A stretch of DNA of 64,000 bases from Klebsormidium nitens (taxonomy: Eukaryota > Plantae > Klebsormidiophyceae). The notes under the pieces are model-generated. The model saw only the letters and a program-made list of their open reading frames with translations, did not search any database and was not told the origin of the DNA. The translations under genes and the position numbers were made by a program. The stretch is taken from positions 62,001 to 126,000 of the forward strand of contig DF237188.1 in assembly GCA_000708835.1 (NCBI GenBank), in the 5' to 3' direction. Below, piece after piece: positions 11,205-23,112 of the stretch (position 1 is the first letter of the stretch; each line of letters opens with the position of its first letter).

Positions 11205-11936
11205 ACTGCAGTGGGGGGCAAATGAAGGCCAGAGGATATTGATGGTACGCTCGTCGGTGCCTACAAATTTTGATCTTTGCGCGCGTATATGTCTTGAACA
11301 GACCGCGCGCGAAATTTGTTGTGCATGTTCAATGCGGGCGGCTGGCCGAGCGCGGCTTTTGAAGTTTCACAAAATCCAAACCCCAAGCCTTGAGTCAGGC
11401 CTTCCAGAAGCTGACGTGGAACTCGCAGTCTTGAAAAGTGCTCTGAGACAGGATCTTTTGAACGCACGTGATTGGTTAGAAGGTCTGAAGTGGCCAATCG
11501 GGTGTTGCAGAAGTCTATCTGGTGAATCTTTTGTGGCCACCAAGTTGCGGGCCTCTACGAGTCCAGGCTTTGCTTGTTGCTGCAATGGCGAGGTGTGAAA
11601 TGTTTTACTTCCTGGGCTAATAGGTTCCAAGTACCTATACCGCCAGGATAGTCCGGCTGCTCGGGGCAACGAAAAAGTGCTGATTTACATTACAAGTTAT
11701 GCTGACAATACCAGTAGCGATTGCCAGAAGAGCCAAAAGACACCTGGAGGCTGAAGTCTTCTCGGCACATGTGCTCTCACGAGTGCTCGCAAGAGCCCCG
11801 TAGGCTTTTCAGCTTTCATTGTGAAGGAGCAAGGAAGCACGACCAGAGCTACCATAGACGCAGGGAGAAATCAAGAAGCAGAGCCACCTGAGTTTAAGAG
11901 TTTAGTTTCCAACACTGTTGCTTTCAGGCACAGGAA

Positions 11937-14381
11937 ATGGCTCAGGCTATCTGCGCTTCGTCCACCGTTGCAAAGACATTTGCAGGCGCGGTGAGTTTTA
12001 TGCACAGAAAAGTCAATCGCATACGTCTAGCATTCATCATGTATTTGAAGAAAATGCTGCTTTTAACTCGTGTGGAAAGTTTGTCAGAGTTTTGCTGTAC
12101 TATATCAGAGTAGGCATTTTCGTTGCATAATGCAGCAACTTTCCCCGCTTTATCCTTTTGTCCTGTTCACTTGGATATGAATCCGGACTTTTGCACATAC
12201 TTATGTCTTTTTATGTTTGTAGTTTTGCCTGCCTCGCTTTTCAAGGTTCTTCTCTGTTGTCCTTTAGTGCTTTTCTTGAGCAATTGCCATTTAATCAGTT
12301 CTTAGAACAGGGTGATTCTTACACAACCTCTTGAAAATGACAAGGACTGAAAAACGCCCGACTCCAAGGTTAGGGTTCCGGAATTTCAGTTGCATCCTCT
12401 TGTCCGCTTGTTAGAGCTGAGTCAATAAATCTATGTATCTGGTTACACAATGGACCACAAGTAACAGGTTCTGTAAAGCTCATTAGGTGTCTAAGTAGAT
12501 TTGCACAAAAGAGTTGACCATGCCCATATTGGGGCACCTTGAAAAATCCTTCTTCTTAAGCAATGCATTTAACGGAAACTACCTTACAACAGGTTCACTG
12601 CAGCATTGCTGCATTCTCCCAATTATGCCACATACTTTTGCAAGAATGCATGAGTTTTGTCCTGGTTCTGCCCCTTCCATTGGACAGAGTCTGTCTTTGC
12701 AATGAGAAGTCCTTGCCAGGCAGGCAATGGCCCAGCGTTCATGTTTCATGTCAACTGCATAGAACACACTCTATTTGTCTGCTAGACTCCTTACTGACCC
12801 CTCCAACTCCCCTCTTCTCAACGGCAGGCCAGCCTGCAGTCTTCTCGCAGCAATGCGGGAACCTCCCTCGCCCTCCCCTCCAAGGTCGTCAGCAAGAGCA
12901 GGGTGATCTGCTCCGCTGAGAGCAAGCCTGTGCAGGCCTCCAGGAGAGCAGCACTCGCCGGTCTCTTGGCTGGCGTGGCCGCTGTGACCCTGCACGAGGA
13001 GCCTGCGCTTGCAGCATACGGACAGTCTGCCAACATCTTTGCAGAGGCAAAGAAGGACACAGGTAAGTGACCAAGGGCGCTGCGAGCTACTGCACAAAAT
13101 ATGCGTGGCCGCATAGTATGTTTTGTGGCTCTGCACACAGTCCATGTTAAGTGCTTCTTTCAAACCAGGCTTGTTAGTTCATTCCCCTATGTAAGGCAGA
13201 TTGATCCTACTCTTTAAAGGTTGCTTGGGACCAAGCGAGCCTGGGTCTGTTCGAAAGACCTTGTTCTGCCTTTAGTCATTCTTTGATTCGACCAATCCTT
13301 ACGCATCTTCCTCTTGTGCAGACTACATCCCTTACAAGGGTGACGGGTTCACTGTGGCCGTACCCTCAAAATGGAACCCCTCCAAGGAGACCGAGTTCCC
13401 CAACACAGTCCTGAGGTACGAATAACTTACAGGGGGATCCCTGGGCAATCCTACTCATGACCAGGCATAGATACTTCTGCAGATTTTGTGTAGAGGCCCG
13501 TGCCCATTCTACTTGGCAATTTGATATTTTCTGCCTATACATTACAACCAGCATTGTGGATTTGGCATACCTATTGTCCAATTTGCAGTTGTGCCGCCTC
13601 TCTCAACCTCTTCAGTGCCCAGAGAAAGAGTGTTTGTGTATTGCGGGGATGTCTCAAGTCAAATCGCGTGTGCTGTGCGTGCAGGTATGAAGACAACTTC
13701 GATGCCCTCTCTCACATGGTGGTCATCAAGGCGCCTGCTGGCGGCAAGTCCAGCATCGATGCCTTCGGATCCAAGGAGGCCTTCCTGGAGAGCATCTCAT
13801 ACCTGCTGGGCAAGCAAGCGTATGCAGGAAAGACGCAGTCGGAGGGAGGGTTTGACGCTAACAAGGTGTCGTCCGCCAACATTCTGGACGCAGGCGAAGT
13901 CACCAGCAACGGCAAGAAGTACTACAAGTACGAGGTGTTGACAAGATCAGGTGCCGCTCTTCGCCCTTGCAAATGCCTCTCAGCAATCTTCAGACAATCA
14001 GGCGTGTTCGTCTTATTTCTTGTTACTTTTTATGGAACTTCAGTTTTCTGTCGGCCACAATTTTGAAGGATTACGTAAGTTGTTGGCCACAATGAGTTGT
14101 CTGTACATACGCTGTAGTAGGGCAACAGTTCGCAAGATGCTGACCATGTACAAAGTTGTTTGGTTTGCCTCTTGGCTTGTTTTCCACTGCAAAGTACCCT
14201 GATGGATCCTGGGTACTATGGTGCAGCTGACGGCAACGAGGGAGGCCGGCACCAGCTTGTAGTGGCGACCGTTAGCAACGGGACTTTGTATCTGATGAAG
14301 GCTCAGGCTGGAGACAAGCGCTGGTTCAAGGGGACGGAGAAGCTCGTCAGGAATGCCATCGATTCATTCCAAGTTGCATAG
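11937..14381 (+). CDS. psbP: Photosystem II oxygen-evolving enhancer protein 2 (PsbP, 23 kDa) precursor; 5 exons
   Basis: Exons 11937-11990, 12828-13062, 13322-13415, 13685-13950, 14227-14381. Bipartite transit peptide with twin-Arg SRRAAL and ALA|AYG cleavage site. Motifs [68 protein letters not shown]. Confidence 0.97.
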
Positions 14382-15110
14382 GTTGTCATGTTGAAGGGAG
14401 GGTCTCGAGCGTGGGAGCATTCTCAGTGGGCCATGCAAATAAGTGTAAGATGCGAGTTTTCCGTCTCCTCCGGTCAAGGAGAGGGTCCGAGCTCACCGAG
14501 TGTCACACGATTGGTACCATATAGATGCTGTAGGCATGCAGTCTACGTGCCCGCCAGCAGCGTGTGTTGTAGATCTAGGACTGTGTTTGCACAACCGGAT
14601 ATAGGACGTCAACGGAAGCCACTCCGAACCCAGGGTATGCCCAGTCTTGGTACCATAGCAGCTGGAGGGTTTGTATAAATTGGAATTTGAGTGAGTTGTG
14701 TTTGCTAGGGCACCAATGGTTGTTGGGCATCATCCTGAACTCTTCGATTGACAGCAGTGTTTCGTTGTGCAATCACTTACTGAATTGATTTCGCCCTACT
14801 CAAACTTGTTTCGATCTGCCATCGTCACTACTTTCTTCAAGTCGAGGGATGGCGTTTATTGACTCCAACATTCTCGCAATCCTGAAAAGATCTGCGAAAC
14901 ACATAAAACTGTATCATTTTAAAATGGGCCCGTACTTTGCTCGAATTACGCATGTTCTGAGCTTTTCGTAATCTGCATATTGCTAAATATCGTTTCGCGG
15001 ATTGAATTAAATTGATGACTTCGGCACTGAAATTTTTGATAAGCATGATATCCAGTCTCCGATAAATATGTCAAACGGCCATAGGCATGCCAGTGAACAT
15101 ATGTGCGCCC

Positions 15111-15329
15111 ATGGCATGGTGTCAAAACATGTGTGCAAGGGCGTCCGGAACTCCGAAAATCGGCCCTCGTTGGGGGGGGGCTGGTGGCCGGTTGGGGCAA
15201 CATCTAGGGGCCAATATTTACCCCTAGGTAAAATGGTGCATTGAGAGAAGGAGGGGGGGCTGGTGGCCGGTTTTCTTTTCGGAGCTCCGGACGCCCGTGC
15301 ACACATGTTAATTTTGACACGATGCCCAT
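15111..15329. mobile_element. Fold-back / MITE-like element with ~50-bp imperfect inverted arms
   Basis: The left arm 15111-15159 (ATGGCATGGTGTCAAAACATGTGTGCAAGGGCGTCCGGAACTCCGAAAA) matches the reverse complement of 15276-15329. There is an internal direct repeat GGGGGGGCTGGTGGCCGG (x2). No TSD identified. Confidence 0.6.
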
Positions 15330-15770
15330 CATTCGAATGAAGAATCATGCAATGATTCAATACTATATTCATTTCCATGCACCACTCAAGTCTTGAACTG
15401 AAAAACAAAGGCCGGCGCCTGTTGACGTGGGCCGCCCCATGTGGGTCATGTGTTGACAAGAAAGCATGATTTAACACCATACCATTGGTATAGATTGCAC
15501 CTCATGCTTGCATGCTAAGGGACCTACCTTGATGCAAGCCATGCTGATACGGTAACGATCTTATAGAATCCTCTTAACAGATCCGATGCAGCGTATGAGT
15601 CAACATGACAGCATCAAGAATACAAGTGACAAGTACAACATGCTACAGCTCTATCTATTGCCCCAATCTAGCTTGCGCACTTCGAAGCTTCTCGTAAGTA
15701 CTAGCGCTGATGTGAGGCTCAGGCATCCTATGCAAGCAAGCGAACTGTCTGCAGGTCCTACTGGCAAGTC

Positions 15771-18700
15771 TCAAGAAATGTTTTGCCCGTAGGTCGCACA
15801 GTATCTTAGCAAAGCATCTTGATGCTTCTTCTCTAAACTTTGCTGGATCACGGGCAAAAACTTCCCCGGGTTCTGCGCCGTAAACTTGGCAAGGCTTTCC
15901 GTCAAGTATCGCCGCGCATCCTCGACCTCGCTAAGCGGATCCTGGTACTCTTTGTGCGCATTGTGGAGTTGAGCGTACGAAGCCGCATACCCCGGTATCT
16001 CGTCCACTTCGAGCACGTCATTCTCTTCTTGGGCGACCGTGGCTTCCTCCGAGCGCTCTAGCAGCGCAACCTCGGTGTCCAGCAGCTTGCCCCACAGTTG
16101 GAGGGAGGCGTCGTCGGCCATTGGGGGGCACTCGCACAACAGCTTTGTGGTTGCCACGCTCGTGACTTTGACCTCGATGTCCCCCGTGATGCTGATGGCG
16201 CCACCCCGCTCCGTGCTGCCCAGCCACACGCCGCCCAGCAGCTCCCGATAGATGCCCGCTTGCAGCTTTTCCAGGCTCTCCACCAGCTGCAAGACGGGGA
16301 GGAGGAAAAGTCGTTACACCGTGCTCCGGAAAAAGTAGCAGAACACTGGCAGCTGCGTGTGGGACAAAGATATGTGCACTCTAGTCGATTGCTGTCGGAA
16401 ATACCTGGTCTGCAAGGCGCGATGACTTACAAATGCTCGGAAGTGACCAGATTCTCGTCTTTTGAGAGCAAAATCTTCGCTCTGGCAACTGAGGTGCTTC
16501 CGCTGCCAATACAAAAAATACTTCGCCATGACTATGAGCGGGATCCTTATGGAAATGCCTGAAAAAGGGGTAATCATATGCGTAGCCTCACTTCCCCAGT
16601 AGACTGTGCGCGTGATCCGTGCGAGGATGCCCACAAACTACCAAACAGGAGATCGTCGAATGCGTGGCCTTACCTCCGTGGCTCCGTATTTGAGTATGAA
16701 CAGGGAGAGGAACACCACCAGCGCCTTGACGAACTTGACGGTCCGGGACTTGGAGAGGCGAGTGAAGAGCAGCGTCCACAGCGGGGTGAGGTACGGCCGC
16801 ACAGCCTGCGGAAGAGACGCAAATCGGGTAACAGCGAGTTTGAGGGTCACTAAGTGCAATTTGAAAGCAAGCAGCAAGCGGCCAGCAAGTCGCCGCAAAC
16901 TCTTCGAACAGACTTCGAATTTGCCAAGGCCCTCAGAGCCAAAGCCAGGTCTGGAAGCGGGTATGGCACAATGCGATATAGACACTTAAATTCGAAAGAC
17001 TCCTTCCCTCTTTATGACAGTTGCCTTTCATTCAACGAAAATCCTACATATTCAAGAGTTCCATCGTTTTGGCAGCTTCCAGGATCGAAAGAAGGATGCG
17101 ACACCCAATCGAAGCTGGGAGGCGCAGCATTCCGTGCATGTGACTGAGCTTCTTGAGAACGTCGTCTGCTAACCAGCAGCCTGTGCTGCCAGAGACATCG
17201 CCTCGGAAACCCTTAGCACCTAGGCGACCGTCCCTACCCAACAACCCTATTACGCCTCAAGAGTGTTGAAACCAACTCACGTCGACGGGAAGGCTCTCCA
17301 CGACGGTGTTGAGGATGAAGAAGCCCTGGTGGTCGGTGTGGCGCGACGCGATGAGCTTCTGGAAGACGCCCAGCACGGCGGGCAGCTTCTGCTGGCTGAT
17401 GATCTCCTGGGGCGCCTTTTGCAGGTACGCCTGCAGGAGCCGAACTAGAGCGGGCACGTTGGCGCTGCGCTCCCACAGCAGCGGCGTCAGCAGCGGGCTA
17501 AAGAGGGCCATGTAGATGGTGGGCAGCGGCGCGGGGCGCAGCTCCACCAGCTGCGACAGTATCTGGAACACGTACGGCATGAACTCCGCCACGTCTGCGC
17601 AGGAAGAGAGCAACAGTGGGCGTCAGCAAAGGGATCGTGGCGGCGGTTAGTAGCGGCCAAGATAATGTAGCACGTTGTTTGTAGCCCAGAGCGATACGTC
17701 CAGACAAGGGCCAAAGGTGGTAGGAAAAGTCAAGAGGAAAGGGTCGCTTTTATCGAACACACGCTGTGATTGAGCTCATGACCAACTTTACAAAGTGGCC
17801 AGACTTGGCGGGTTGAAACATGTGCCTATAGGCCGCCTCGAAAGCCTTTCAGTAGCGCGATTTGGTTGATTTGACTAATCTAACTTCCTGAACAGCCACG
17901 AATGCGACCATGCTGACAAGAATTGAATGAAAGACCGGGAAAAGTTTCGAGGTACGGTCGACAGCAGGAGAACGCGGAAAGGCGCAAAGTCCACCATCTC
18001 AAGGTAACATGATTCAGATTCGAAGCTCGGTGGAAGGCCCAGACGAAACCATACAAGCGTGAACAGATACCAAGCACGCTGCAACATCCCCGCCTTACCA
18101 TCTTGCAGCACGATGTCGAAGACGGGGAACAGCTTCTTCTCGAAAACGTCCAGCCGCGCGGGGTTGGCGGCGCACGTCTGCTTGATGAGCGCCGCGACCG
18201 CCTCAAAGAGGTAGTGGTTGAAGCCGGGCTGCGTGGGATTCTTGCACACGGCCTTCAGGATGTCGGCCAGCTGCGCGAGCACGCCCTCCGCGTACTGGGC
18301 CACGGGGGACGACGAGATCATGCGCATGACGCACTTCATCACGTAGTCGTTCTCCTGCACCACGTGGCGGCCAAGGTCAGCATAAGCCATTTCCTTTGAC
18401 CCATATGCAGCCCTCACTTTGGCAGAGGTTGTTGTTGCGACATTTGCACTAAGAACGGCTAAGAGAAGCAACTATTTCAAGGGAGGTCGAACAGTCCAAC
18501 AACAAACGGTTGACGCAGGATGAAGGGTGTCAGCACATGCGCATACGTTGTTGTCTCAGAAGCTGTACGCAGTTGCGTCCGAACCAAGAGTCAAGGCCTA
18601 ACTGATCTGCAAAGAGACATAGAAGCAATATGGGATGCGAGCTGGCCCTAAATCCAGCCGAATACTGACCTGAGAGTCGGGGAGCTTGAGTGCCCCGAAG

Positions 18701-21700
18701 AGGTTGGAAAGAAGCTGCTGCGTGAACGGGGCCAAGTCCTACAAGCAACAAACCGTTGGGTCAGAGCAAACCCAGCTGCGTCAGCGAAAACCCAGAAGCC
18801 GGACTGCCGCGCAGTACTCCACATAGAGGCCGGGCTTGCATCCGCGTTGCAAACATGTCAAATCGTGAGAACCAAGAAGCAGCACAACATGTAACCCAGC
18901 GACTGGCAGCAAAATGTAACCTCGTTCAACAAAGGCTGGTCGAAAGCCCTCAAGCGACCTGTGAATGACTGCATAAGTGCCGTAACAGAGTGCCAGAATG
19001 AACTGTACGGGGTAGCCACCCCACGAGTTCTCACCTGGGGAGTGAAGCGGGGCCTGCCCCCGTCCTTGACGACCAGCAGCCGCTCAATCGCATGCGCAGC
19101 GTACGAGTGGACCACGTTGTGCTCGTCCAGGAGCAGGGCAACTAGGTGCGGGAACAGGGACAGACACGCCGCCTTGGGAATCTGCAGCAGATGCACAGCA
19201 GCGAGCTCAGAAAAGACGCAACATCACCAACTTTGGGATTAAAATGGAGCAAATGTGGTCTTGACTACAAAAAAGACGAGGAGCTAAACGGGAGTCGTTT
19301 GAAGGAGACCTCGACCGTCTTTAATCGCGACGCAACTCGAGGCGTAAGTGGTACCTAGATCGCCCAGCCGGCCTCATGAAGATCCTTCATCTTAACGGGC
19401 TGGACAAGACTGCGATGCAGAAAGCTAGCGTCCCTTCCTGCGACCACTTCGCTAAATCCATGCCCTCTGTCACCGTCAAGTTAAGTTGAACGCCAAACGT
19501 AAACGCTCACAGACATTCGACCCGGGACCTTTGTACGGGAATAGGAGCAGCCAAACAAGTTCGCAACCGCTTTGAAGAAGCGTTTTGAAGCCAAAGATGA
19601 AGCCGCGGCTCTCAGTAAGCGGCGGTCCCTCACCTGGCTGCGGAAGGTGGTGACGAACTTGAGCGCGTCCGCGCGCAGAACGGGGCTGCCGTCCGTCTTC
19701 TTGAGCTCCGGCTCGATCTGCGCCGTGAAGAAGTCCCCGATGTTGACCAGCTGATTGGTGGCCGTGGCGCCCTGCGCGGCCGTCTTCTGGCGCACCGTCA
19801 GCGCCACCACCAGGTAAATCGCGCAGTCCTTCTCCTTCCAGTTGACGGCGGGGTTCGCGGCGTACGTCTGGAGCATCAGCGTCACGTACTGACCAAAGAG
19901 CTGCGTCACCTGGGGACAAAACGAAGACGAGGCTAACACGGGAGCGAGAGAGACGAGGGCTCCAGACTCTTGATACTGCTCACTGCGACTTTTCCATTCA
20001 CGGGTTCGACCACCCGAAACCAATCATTGCTTCAAATCAGAATCAAACAACATATGACTGGTTGTGAAGTTTAGGCTCGACAAGACGAGCCAAGCCCGAT
20101 CGGGCTCGGATCAGGCCCAAAAATACAAAGTGCGAATGTCCAACCAAGGCCGCTCCTGCACCATAAAACAAGGTTGACGACTTGAGCCCGTTCGGAGTGC
20201 GGTGTACAATGGTACCCATGCGTCCATTGTGGACACAAAAGTATTCCCCCGAACCGAAAAGGGAGATGCTAGAACTCCCGGCTCCTTTGAGTTTGTACAC
20301 CCGCTCACCTGCTGCTCATAGTATGTCGTCAGCCCCTTCACCAGTTCGCACGCGGTCCTCCTCCGTGTGTCTGTGTCACTGCCCTCCATGTCCCTGCAGA
20401 GAAACACGAAAACGATGCCGTTCAATTCATATTCCTGACTGTTTGCTACTCAGATCGCACGTTGGCGCTCGTCCTGAAACTCGTCCGAGTTTGACGTAGG
20501 TTGACCCACAAGCAGCCTCGTTCGCTTCGTTTCGATCAGGACCTTCATTGATCGTAGGATTCGCAAACAAGAATCGACGGGTCCTTCTGCAACGCTTGCA
20601 CGAACCAGATGGCGGCTATACATTTGAACATTTTTATAGAAACCAGCGAGCAACACAAGTGCCACATAAGCGCACTTAAGCCTTGCCAGTAATAGACACA
20701 CGAGAGGGCAAGCGACCACACCTTCGGATGTACTCGACGTGGTTCATCTCAAAAAGCTCCTCGTCGTCGTCCCTCATGCGCAGGTTGGGCACCACAATTT
20801 TCTCACAGATCTGCTGCACCACCTCCGCCTGGTTGAACAGCTCATGGTGCACGCTGCGGGCCACCGTCGTCAAAAACTTGATGGACGTAATTGCCAGTTT
20901 GTCGTGGCTGGCGGACAGGCCCACCTGCCATTCACCAGAGACCGTATGTTTGTCTGATGCCCCTCAGCTTGTTGGAAGACAAAGCATATTTCTCCCAAGA
21001 TGGTCGGTTTGTAGCTGATCCTCCTCCCTTTATATCTGATTGCGTTGAACTTGTCATCGGGATCCAAGAGCATGGTTCCTAATCCTGAACCGTCGGACAC
21101 CCTTCTTGTTTGTCAAATGACAAGGAACTAATTGTTGTTGATCAAGAGCCGCGCTCGGAGCAGTTGGAATCCAACAGCAGATATAAAACAAAGTTATAGC
21201 ATGGCATGGAAGTGCGCTAGCTGCGCAAGGCTTCACCCTCGAAAGCTGCCCCTTTTAGTAGTGTTAGGGTGATTGTGTGTCCAAAACAACTTGATACAAA
21301 CCGGCATTTAGTCAGACCTGCTCTTGCGGTGTCTCACCGAATTGCCAATTCTTGAGTGGTGTAGAAAGTTCACGCACTATGAATCACCAACTTACCTTCA
21401 TCAGAAGACTCCACACATCAGTCACAAACGTTTGCAGGTAGCTCCGGAACTCCTCCTCGTACTTGCTCATGTACAGATTGATGTTCTCGCACACCGCAGC
21501 CTTGACCTGCGCAGCACATATGCATGCGATCTTCAGTCAGAAAAACAACACTCGGCTTCCACTTGCTTAGGACTGACAGGTGCACCGAACAACGCTGCCA
21601 TCGTCGCATTCCATCCAGTGGCACTGACTGACCACCATCTAAAGCCCAAAATCATCAATTCCACACGCATGGGCATGGGTCTTACCCCGACTGAAAAGAG

Positions 21701-22787
21701 CATGCTGAGAGGAATAGGATGACTCCAGGTACTCCACGCATGTGCACTTTGTGTGTCAGCTTGAAGATGCAATGCAAGCCATACCAGCACTCAATCCTTA
21801 ACCTGCGGAAATCTTCGGTGGTCGCAACTGAGCTATTGCTCGCTGATGATCGATGAACACTTTCATACCAGTGTGCTGTTTCTCATACCATACCTGGTAA
21901 TGGTGAGCACACTCCTATCAGAACGTTGACCACCTTCCAAACCGTTCATAGAAGCACTAAGCTTGGTGTCTCACCTGGTCAGCCACCGACTCCTTGTCAG
22001 GATCGCTCTCCTCCAACCGTGGATTGTCATATGTCAGATACAAGTGGAATTGATCCATCCATTCCTTCATGTGATCCTCGAAAAACTCTGGCAGGTCCTG
22101 AAAGTTAAGCGAGTAGAAGATCCTGCATGCCAGCCGCAGGCAGGGGAACAGCGCCCTCAGCGCAACCGCATCGTTTGCGCTAGCCGCAATCAACTGGCCC
22201 ATGCGCTGGACAAATTCAAGGAGGGGTTCGCAGAACAGGTTCAGGACATACTTGAGCTCCCCAAAGAGCTCGTCTGACTTGAACTGGAACCTGAAGCGCT
22301 TGAAGATGGAGTTGGCGGTTTGGAGCACGCCATTGATGACCACGGGGTCCGTTGCAGACCGCAACTTTTCTACAAGCTCTGGTAAGAGAGACGGCCATTT
22401 CGAGGGGAAGTCATAATTTGAGATGATGGACAGCGCTTCGCTCAATTGTGCCTGGACCTGAGGGGGGGTGCTCAGCATCAGAGTTGTAATGTGCGTTTTG
22501 ATCTGCTGCTTCTCTGCATCCTGCATAGGCGCCACTTGCAGCTCCTCGTGCTCTGACGCATCCCAATGATACTTGACATGGTTCTTGAAATTGACCGCTG
22601 CCGCTAGCCTGATCTGAAGGTCCACGCTGTGTGCCGCCACCAATTGAAGCACCGTCACTCCGTAGTTTGGTTGGTTCGCCGCCTCCTTAAGAAAGTCCTC
22701 CGCCCGCTTCCTCGGGACAGGGTCCGGGAGGAGGCTCTGTCTAAAGCATTCCGTGAGCTCCTGAAGGGGGTTCCCGGCTGCAGCCAT
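15771..22787 (-). CDS. CSE1: Exportin-2 (CAS/CSE1; importin-alpha re-exporter); about 11 exons
   Basis: IBN_N-type start ([19 protein letters not shown]). Motifs [153 protein letters not shown]. Stop at 15771. Confidence 0.97.
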
Positions 22788-23112
22788 GGCTAGATCATCA
22801 AATGATGTTGGCTCTCTTCGCGCCTCTAGGCTCTAGGCTCCAGCTGTTCCCAACTTTCGTCTGCGCCTGCTTCTGCTTGGTTGACCTGCCAAACAGTTTC
22901 TCATAGGTATGCGTGTTGCCAAAATTGGACCAACCGGGCACCGACGGGAGACCTGGTGTCGATCTATTATGGTCCTACTTAGATCGCAACATTTGACACT
23001 CGTTTTTAATCTCCTAGGCACCTCGAAATACATTGTGAATATGAAAATTATAATGCCAATGGATTCTAGCTCACTGCTGATCAGAACCGGCTGACTGAAG
23101 GGTGAGCACAGC
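22788..23112. promoter_or_regulatory. Compact 325-bp bidirectional promoter region (CSE1 / homoserine kinase)
   Basis: The divergent ATGs are at 22787 (-) and 23113 (+). Confidence 0.6.

Noticed and set aside
21310-21415. C/D-box snoRNA-like TGATGA..CTGA on the - strand in CSE1
   Set aside because: The TGATGA box lies within a coding exon (LLMK|), not inside the intron.
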